A DNA stretch of 64,000 bases from an uncultured Nitrososphaerota archaeon (lineage in GTDB: Archaea > Thermoproteota > EX4484-205 > JAAOZP01), in the NCBI GenBank assembly GCA_964416155.1, contig CAYQCW010000001.1, positions 96,001 through 160,000 of the forward strand, written 5' to 3'. Below are positions 57,607 to 64,000 of this stretch, piece after piece; within the stretch, counting starts at the first letter, position 1; every line of letters starts with the position of its first letter. The notes under the pieces are model-generated. The model ran no database searches, had not been told where the DNA came from, and worked only from the letters and a program-made list of their open reading frames with translations. Both the position numbers and the translations under genes were made by a program.

Positions 57607-58482
57607 ATGGTTTACAGAATAGGAATAGTCGGGTCAGATAATTCTCACGCAATTACTTTTTCACAGATCGCGAACGGCATGGACAGAGAAAATTATGTTC
57701 CGGGTTTCAGAGTAACCCACCTCTTCGGGTTCGACGAAAACAGAAACAGAGAGGTTGCGGAGAAAGGCGGTATTGAAAACATTGTTTCAGACGTAAACGA
57801 GATGATTGGGAAAATTGATATTGCGTTCGTGGTTTTTAGACACGGCGGACTCCATCTAGAATACGCGAAGCCGTTCATAGAAAACAGGATCCCGGTTTTC
57901 GTGGATAAGCCTTTAGCAGCCACGGTAGAAGATGCTAAGAGGCTTATAGAGCTTGCCAAGGAAAAACAGACACTTCTAACTAGCTTTTCAACCTTAAGAT
58001 TCACCGATGCTGTGCAGGAGCTGAAAAAGTTGTTTAGAAGCGAGGAGCCGGTTTTCCTAAGCGTGCTTGGACCAGGAGACCTTGAAAGCGAGTACGGCGG
58101 ATTAATCTTCTACGGGGTGCATACTGCAGAGATTTTTAACGAGGTTGCGGGGGTAGGGGTGAGGGAAGTATACGCTGTAGCAAGGGGTAAAAACATTGCT
58201 GCAACTCTCGTTCACGAGAAACTAATTGGAACAATAAAAATCGCCCCAGAAATGCCCTATGTTTTTTCATTGGAGGGTTTGACCAAGAAAACCCATTTGT
58301 CAGCAAAAGTCGACTCCAAGGACTGTTACAAGAAGGGTATGATCAAGATTAAGGAGATGCTTGATAATACGCAGTGGATACTTTCTGAAGGAGAAATGCT
58401 TGAGCCAGTAGCTGTTGTTAAGGCTATAGAGGAAAGCGTTAGGGAATCGTCTAAAAAGCCTATAAGTTCTAGCCAGTCTTAA
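57607..58482 (+). CDS. Gfo/Idh/MocA family oxidoreductase (start ATG 57607)
   Basis: Motifs IGIVGSDNSHA, FVDKPLA and FYGVH. TATA CTTATAAA at about 57577. Confidence 0.85.
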   Translation: MVYRIGIVGSDNSHAITFSQIANGMDRENYVPGFRVTHLFGFDENRNREVAEKGGIENIVSDVNEMIGKIDIAFVVFRHGGLHLEYAKPFIENRIPVFVDKPLAATVEDAKRLIELAKEKQTLLTSFSTLRFTDAVQELKKLFRSEEPVFLSVLGPGDLESEYGGLIFYGVHTAEIFNEVAGVGVREVYAVARGKNIAATLVHEKLIGTIKIAPEMPYVFSLEGLTKKTHLSAKVDSKDCYKKGMIKIKEMLDNTQWILSEGEMLEPVAVVKAIEESVRESSKKPISSSQS

Positions 58483-59044
58483 TGCTTATAGAGACTCCTT
58501 CCTGAGTGGGCACTATAATGGTTCTCCATACCCTTCCAGAGGCTTCGTTTAGAAAAGCCTCTACAGTACCATAGGGGTGTCTAACGTTATGCGCAAGCAC
58601 CACCCCGCCGCTGGGGATCCTACTCTCAACCAGACGGAAAAACTCTAAGTAGTGCTCCTTCTCAATATCTATGAAGACTAAGTTCAGCTCTTCAACTTTC
58701 CTAACATGATCAAATGCATCGCCGTTAACTGGCGTGATCAAGTTCTCCAAATGATGCTTAGCCACAAGACTCTTAAGACTCTTGAATCTTTGAATCTTCT
58801 TCTCAACCGCGTAGACCTTGCCGGCAACACCTGATTCTAAAATAGCTCTAGCAATCCATGCTGTTGAAAACCCTGCTCCTGCACCTGCGTCCATGGCTTT
58901 TAACCATCCAAACCGTAGAGCCGCCAAGAAGGTTGTTGAGTAAAGCACGTGGCCGTCATCCATGCCTACCGTCGGAATCCCCAGCTCCCTGGAGGCAGCG
59001 TACGCCTCCCGGATTATGCTGTTCCAAGCATAGTCTTCACTCAT
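58469..59044 (-). CDS. Class I SAM-dependent O-methyltransferase
   Basis: Motifs DAGAGAGFST, VYAVE, GDA, VFIDIEKEHY and GGVVLAHN. Confidence 0.85.
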   Translation of the reverse strand: MSEDYAWNSIIREAYAASRELGIPTVGMDDGHVLYSTTFLAALRFGWLKAMDAGAGAGFSTAWIARAILESGVAGKVYAVEKKIQRFKSLKSLVAKHHLENLITPVNGDAFDHVRKVEELNLVFIDIEKEHYLEFFRLVESRIPSGGVVLAHNVRHPYGTVEAFLNEASGRVWRTIIVPTQEGVSISIKTG

Positions 59045-59153
59045 GGCTGTCAAACACAATGTGGAGAACCATTTATAAACTTGGAAGAAGACCCAGGACT
59101 ACTTTTTATGATGGGCTTGACTACAGCCCTCAGTCGACTCTTCAAGCTCATCT

Positions 59154-59312
59154 TTAAAACAGGATGAGAGCAGGCCTCTGACAACGTTTGAATCTGGCTT
59201 TCAAGACGATTACCCTTGCCTGTTGAAATATGCTTAGTGCCCTTGGCCCCATACTGTAAGCGATGATTGCATCCGGCTTAAGCAAGTACACGGTCTGCAA
59301 GCCAATACGCAT
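59154..59312 (-). pseudogene. Truncated NifB/NifX (FeMo-cofactor-binding family) remnant
   Basis: 52-aa ORF containing KPDAIIAYSMGPRALSIFQQARVIVLKA. The N-terminal half of the family is missing. Confidence 0.5.
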
Positions 59313-59397
59313 TGGGCCGCCCCCTTAACAAAATGGTTTATAGAAAACACGAAAAACCATGGCCAAAACAGGCTTATTTCTAAAAGCATCCCCACAG

Positions 59398-60531
59398 CTA
59401 TCTGAATGCTCTTTTCCATTCTTTCAGAATTTCTCGTGCAACGTTAAAGCTTTCAACACTGATTGAGAATATGACCCCGGTTTTATCTTCAAGAGAATTC
59501 GACACTTTATCAACCCAAGAGCCGGGTTTCTCACCCCCTTGGGGGCCCTCAGTCCATATTAGACACACGTTTTTCCTTCGAAACAATTCTAGGGTTTCCT
59601 TTAAGCCGTAGAACTTGGCAGGGCTTCCGAAGAAGAATGCTTTGAATGTTCGGCTCGACAGGATTGGTTCAAGAACCTTTCTGCCATCTGAAGCCTCGCT
59701 GCAGCAGAAATGACCCATACCTCCGCCGAACAGGCTGACTGAAAACTCGTTAACAGGGATGCAGAACTTTCTGTATTGAGCCGGGTTCATCATCACAGCC
59801 ACGTCCTCGCAAAGCCTAACACCGCCTTTATCCATCCATACATTAGGCGTCCCATGGAACCCCTGGTTAAGAGGCTCGCCAACGATTCTCTTCTGCTCAA
59901 CTGAGAACTCGACGTATACTTCGGCAACCCTCTTAAGAAGCTCCATTGCAAAGTCTGGGCGACGGTGGAAATCGCTTAGTAGCTTCGGCCCTCTGAGAAG
60001 GTAGGCTATGTCTAACGGACCCTGAGTGTCGCATAAGTATACTTTTACACCGGTTCCATCAAGCTTTTTAACGAAATACTCTTCTGTTTCAATAACGCGC
60101 GTCATCAAGCTTTGACTAGACCAAGGATCCTTTAACTCCCCTAGGTCTGGAGGATCCTTCTTTAAAACAGGCTCCTTAACCCATGGCATCTGGTCTGAGA
60201 AGGGTTGTACGATTATCTCGCTTCCAAATCCGTTCGGCACGATTCCAACGCCATAATTAGCCCTTATGCATGGCATGCCATCATCCTGAAGAAGAGCATG
60301 AGAATATACTGAGGCCAGTTGAGACACAAGCATCTTATCCATATCGAAGTATGTTTCATAGTATTTGAAGGAGGGCCAAGGTTCGGGAGGGGGACAGTTA
60401 ATGATCAGAGGAGGGGTCTCCACTTGTTTAAAATTCCACGCTGCAGCAATCCTGCTTCTCGCCTCCTCAACTCTCTCAAGATCTAATTGCGAGTCTACCT
60501 TCTCAACCCATTTTTCTACATCAATGCTCAA
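59398..60531 (-). CDS. Uroporphyrinogen decarboxylase / MtaA-like family protein
   Basis: Motifs DTQGPLDIAYLLRG, CED...MNPAQYRKFCIP and GHFC. Confidence 0.7.
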   Translation of the reverse strand: MSIDVEKWVEKVDSQLDLERVEEARSRIAAAWNFKQVETPPLIINCPPPEPWPSFKYYETYFDMDKMLVSQLASVYSHALLQDDGMPCIRANYGVGIVPNGFGSEIIVQPFSDQMPWVKEPVLKKDPPDLGELKDPWSSQSLMTRVIETEEYFVKKLDGTGVKVYLCDTQGPLDIAYLLRGPKLLSDFHRRPDFAMELLKRVAEVYVEFSVEQKRIVGEPLNQGFHGTPNVWMDKGGVRLCEDVAVMMNPAQYRKFCIPVNEFSVSLFGGGMGHFCCSEASDGRKVLEPILSSRTFKAFFFGSPAKFYGLKETLELFRRKNVCLIWTEGPQGGEKPGSWVDKVSNSLEDKTGVIFSISVESFNVAREILKEWKRAFR

Positions 60532-60618
60532 AGTTAACGGGAAGCTTATTAAAAACTATTTAAGCTTTCTTATGAAAATCCGGGAAAGATTTATATCGTT
60601 TAAACTTAAACAAAAAGC

Positions 60619-61368
60619 ATGAGCAGCTTGAAGGTTGGTGCTCAGCTAATCATCTGGGGAGCAAAGCCGCGGGAAAACCTTAAAGGAGTTCTTGCCGAAG
60701 TAAGGGAAGCCGGATACGATGGGATTGAAACCTCTCCTGAAATATTTTCTACAGACATTATGGAAAAGAGGAGGCTTTTGCTTGAAAACGACTTAAGGCT
60801 TGTTGCATTGCACATGGGTGTTGGAAACATTGAACAGGCTGAACAGGCATCGAAGCTTTTAGAAAAACTCGAGGGGGAATATTTGACTTTTAGTGGTCCC
60901 GGAGGAAAAGGCTCGGAGGAAGATTATTTAAACTGCGCAGAGTTTTTAAACAAGGCTGGGAGAATTTCCAAGGAGCACGGGGTTAAAACCTGCTACCATA
61001 ATCATGGGCATGAAATAGCTAACAATCAAAAAGGAATAGGATCAATCATTCAGAACACGGAGCCGGAGTTAGTCGGACTATGCGTTGACACGTATTGGGT
61101 TAAATTCGGCGGGGCAGACCCACTTCAGTTCATCAAGACCAATAAGGAGAGGATTGCATACTTGCATCTAAAAGACGGGTCTGAGGAGGATATGAAAAAC
61201 AGGAGGTTCTCCGAGCTTGGAAGAGGCTCGATAGATTTTCCGGCCATACTTGGCTTCACGACACAGCTTGGAGTAAAGTGGGTTGTCGTTGAACAGGATT
61301 GGGCTCCGGGGAGTCCGTTTAAAAGCATGTTGGAGAGCAGGAGTTACCTGAGGAAAACAGGGTATTAG
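60619..61368 (+). CDS. Sugar phosphate isomerase/epimerase (IolE-like TIM barrel)
   Basis: Motifs GYDGIE, YHNHGHE, VDTYW, HLKD, ELGRGSIDF and VVEQD. Confidence 0.88.
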   Translation: MSSLKVGAQLIIWGAKPRENLKGVLAEVREAGYDGIETSPEIFSTDIMEKRRLLLENDLRLVALHMGVGNIEQAEQASKLLEKLEGEYLTFSGPGGKGSEEDYLNCAEFLNKAGRISKEHGVKTCYHNHGHEIANNQKGIGSIIQNTEPELVGLCVDTYWVKFGGADPLQFIKTNKERIAYLHLKDGSEEDMKNRRFSELGRGSIDFPAILGFTTQLGVKWVVVEQDWAPGSPFKSMLESRSYLRKTGY

Positions 61369-61447
61369 CATAACAGGCCGATATTACAGTGCTAGACGAC
61401 ATGGAAGACAAAAACATAAATAGACTTTTTCAGCCCCACGAAGAGAA

Positions 61448-62206
61448 ATGATAAAGATCGGTTGCGCAGCCTACTCTTACAGGGATTTTCTTAAGGACGG
61501 AAGGATGAGCTATGAGGATTTCATTGAGGAGGCTCATAGCATTGGGCTGGACGGTGTGGAGATGACGCTCTACTGGCTTCCTTCAAGAGAACCACAATAC
61601 TTCAGGAATTTAAAGAGGACTGCACTTTCACGAGGACTATCAATCTCCTGCGCCGGAATTTCGACGAACTTCTGTAACCCGGATCCTCTGGAAAGGGAGC
61701 GGATGATAAAGTCTGTTGAGGAAGGAGCGAGTATTGCCCGTGAGCTGGGTGCTCCTGCTCTACGGGTTTTCGGCGGCTACGTGCCAGAGGGGTATTCTGA
61801 GGAACAGGCAATATTGTGGACGATAGAAGCTTTGGAGAGATGCGTAAAATATGCTGAGGAAAACGGTGTTGTAATAGCCTTGGAGAATCACGGAGGGATA
61901 ACGGCTAGGGCGGACAGCGTGGTAAGGATAGTGGAGAGCGTGGGTTCTCCATGGTTAAGGGTTAACCTGGATCTTGGCAACTACAGGGAGTCTACGTATG
62001 AAGACATTGCGAAGACAGTCCCATACACAGTACACATTCATGGTAAGGTAAGTGTCTCTGAAAACATTAAGGTTGACTACGAGAAAGTTAAGAGGATCCT
62101 GGAGGATAAGGGTTATAACGGGTTTATCTCAATCGAGTATGAGGAGAAGGAGGATCCTAAAATAGGAGTCCGTGCGTTTGCGAGATACCTTTTAAGGTTG
62201 TTCTAG
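61448..62206 (+). CDS. Sugar phosphate isomerase/epimerase TIM barrel
   Basis: Motifs GLDGVE, LRVFGG, ALENHGG, NLDLGN and GYNGFISIEYE. Confidence 0.88.
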   Translation: MIKIGCAAYSYRDFLKDGRMSYEDFIEEAHSIGLDGVEMTLYWLPSREPQYFRNLKRTALSRGLSISCAGISTNFCNPDPLERERMIKSVEEGASIARELGAPALRVFGGYVPEGYSEEQAILWTIEALERCVKYAEENGVVIALENHGGITARADSVVRIVESVGSPWLRVNLDLGNYRESTYEDIAKTVPYTVHIHGKVSVSENIKVDYEKVKRILEDKGYNGFISIEYEEKEDPKIGVRAFARYLLRLF

Positions 62207-62229
62207 AACCGTTGGGAGGGGAGGCTTAA

Positions 62230-63276
62230 ATGAGCGGCAGGGTGAACGTCGGGATCTCTGGACTCGGGAGAAGCGGGTGGGATATTCATGCCAATGCGCT
62301 TGAGAAATGCTCAAGCATGTACAACGTGGTTGCAGTCTTCGACCCGCTTGAGGAGAGAAGAAAAGAAGCTGTGAACAGGTTCGGTTGCAGAGCATACCCC
62401 AATTTTAACTCGCTCATAAGAGACGATGAAGCTGAACTAGTAGTTGTGGCTACGCCGAGCCACCTTCATGCCCCTCAAACTATAGAGGCGTTGAAATCTG
62501 GGAAAAACGTTGTGTGCGAGAAGCCGATGGCCACGAGCCTAACTGAAGCAGACGAGATGATAAGGACTGCAAAAGAGTCTGGAAGGATCTTAACGGTTTT
62601 CCAAAACAAGAGGTACAGCCCAGACTTCTTAAAGGTTAAGGAGATAGTTGGATCCGGAAAGCTCGGGCACATAGTCCTCGTTAAAATATGTCTGCATTCC
62701 TTCGGTAGACGCTGGGATTGGCAGACGCTGAAAAAGTTTGGAGGAGGAGAACTTAACAATAATGCTTCCCATCTTATAGATCAGGCTGTTCAACTCGTTG
62801 GGGAGAAGCTCGAATTACTGTTCTGCGACCTGCAGAGGACTCTGACTCTCGGTGATGCTGAGGACCATGTTAAGATACTTCTTAGAGAGCCGGGTTCAGC
62901 AAAGGTGGACATAGAGGTTACTCGCGCATGCGCCTACCCTCAGAATTATTGGCTGATAATGGGGACTCGGGGAGGTCTTGCTGGAGGCGGAAACTCGATA
63001 AGGTGGAAGTATTTTGACCCTAGGGATCTTCCTCCTAGACAGGTTGAAATAAGGCCGACCCCAGACCGCAGCTACAATTGGGAGGAGATCCCGTGGAAGG
63101 AGGAAGAGTGGGTTGACGATGGTGCTAAGCATAGCGAAATCTTGTTTTACGAGGAACTCTATAAGACTCTACGCGAGGGAGCCCCCCTAAGCGTTACGCC
63201 TGAAAGCGTGAGGAAAGTAATGTCAATAATGGAAAAATGCCGAGAATATTGTGAAGGACGGGCAGCCCTAAAGTAA
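62230..63276 (+). CDS. Gfo/Idh/MocA family oxidoreductase (scyllo-inositol dehydrogenase IolW-like)
   Basis: Motifs GLGRSGWDIH, VCEKPMA, VFQNKRY and GGGEL...SHLIDQ. Confidence 0.9.
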   Translation: MSGRVNVGISGLGRSGWDIHANALEKCSSMYNVVAVFDPLEERRKEAVNRFGCRAYPNFNSLIRDDEAELVVVATPSHLHAPQTIEALKSGKNVVCEKPMATSLTEADEMIRTAKESGRILTVFQNKRYSPDFLKVKEIVGSGKLGHIVLVKICLHSFGRRWDWQTLKKFGGGELNNNASHLIDQAVQLVGEKLELLFCDLQRTLTLGDAEDHVKILLREPGSAKVDIEVTRACAYPQNYWLIMGTRGGLAGGGNSIRWKYFDPRDLPPRQVEIRPTPDRSYNWEEIPWKEEEWVDDGAKHSEILFYEELYKTLREGAPLSVTPESVRKVMSIMEKCREYCEGRAALK

Positions 63277-63398
63277 TCCATGATGAGAAGACCATTTTTT
63301 ATCATGAACTTGCTCTTAAGCTGGAAAAGCTTAAAGTAAACGCCTAGAGAGTTAAGAGGGAATTGGAGTCGACTGGAGAAGACTTGACGACAATCGGC

Positions 63399-64000
63399 TT
63401 GCCTAAGCTTGGTTACGAAGGAGGAAAACCCGGTTTAAAGGCTGGAAAGCTGCGTTGCGAGTACAGAGTCAACCCTCTTGCAATAGATGTTTTAAAACCT
63501 AGGTTAAGCTGGATCTTTGAGTCATCTGAAAGAGGACAGTTTCAGACAGCCTATCAGATTATTGTTTCAAGCACGAGGGCAAACTTGGAGAAAGACGTTG
63601 GTGACCTGTGGGACAGCGGGAAAATCCAGTCTGAAGAGACCAGCCAAATCCCGTACGCTGGGAAAACGCTTTCATCCAGAATGGAGTGCTGGTGGAAAGT
63701 ACGGGTTTGGGATAAGCAGGGAAGACCGTCTGGGTGGAGCGAGCCCGCGTACTGGACAATGGGTCTGCTTGAGCCGAACGATTGGAAGGCAAGATGGATC
63801 GGGTATGACGAATATGCTGAATGGGAGGAGCCGAATTTCAAAGGGTGCAAGTGGATATGGTTTAAAGAGGGTGAACCCGCTAAAGAGGCTCCCGTAGCAG
63901 ACCGTTATTTCCGCCGGACAATAAGCCTGCCAGCAGACCGGAAAATACTGAGAGGAATATTCCTGATTACTGCTGACGATCAGTTTGCACTTTTTGTAAA
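63399..64000 (+). CDS. GH78 alpha-L-rhamnosidase, N-terminal part; runs off the window (start TTG 63363-63399)
   Basis: Read directly from the sequence, not in the ORF track: LRCEYRVNPLAIDVLKPRLSW...QTAYQIIV...LWDSGK...YAGKTL...WWKVRVWD...WTMGLL...WKARWIG. Confidence 0.85.
   Translation, partial: MPKLGYEGGKPGLKAGKLRCEYRVNPLAIDVLKPRLSWIFESSERGQFQTAYQIIVSSTRANLEKDVGDLWDSGKIQSEETSQIPYAGKTLSSRMECWWKVRVWDKQGRPSGWSEPAYWTMGLLEPNDWKARWIGYDEYAEWEEPNFKGCKWIWFKEGEPAKEAPVADRYFRRTISLPADRKILRGIFLITADDQFALFV

Noticed and set aside
63279-63330. ATGATGA as a C/D-box sRNA C box
   Set aside because: There is no properly placed CTGA D box. It fits a T-rich terminator hairpin better.
234-63897. Numerous 60-190 aa ORFs overlapping the called genes
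   Set aside because: They are alternate-frame or antisense shadows of well-supported CDSs and have no motifs of their own.
1-64000. rRNA, tRNA, CRISPR arrays, transposases or integrases
   Set aside because: I saw no cloverleaf, regularly spaced repeat or mobile-element motif. Intergenic gaps are short or explained by pseudogenes. This was a visual check only.

Overview
Gene-dense archaeal chromosomal segment. Archaeal markers include FEN1, a PINA-type ATPase, nadX, and TATA boxes about 25-35 nt upstream of many start codons. A TACK heterotroph such as Ca. Brockarchaeota or Bathyarchaeia is plausible, but this is inference. Most of the window is carbohydrate catabolism: GH116, GH35, two GH78, several unclassified glycosidase-like proteins, five Gfo/Idh/MocA dehydrogenases, three sugar-phosphate isomerase TIM barrels, two PfkB kinases and two URO-D-family proteins. 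It also holds two ABC-2 exporters, a two-subunit Fe-S hydro-lyase, a HEPN/MNT pair, a serpin and several decayed genes. I saw no rRNA, tRNA, CRISPR array or transposase. Top candidate system: an NAD-kinase-fold protein with a degenerate GGDGT motif fused to a winged HTH. It is divergent from nadA-nadC-nadX, and a perfect palindrome sits over the nadA TATA box, suggesting an NAD(P)-sensing regulator of de novo NAD synthesis. Second candidate: a four-gene operon resembling a non-canonical heptose or sugar-phosphate pathway (DHS-like/GmhA fusion, HldE-type kinase, HAD, cupin). Also notable are a DUF72-SWIM fusion and a DUF362 gene with a single in-frame TGA. All family calls come from motif recognition by eye, not from database searches.
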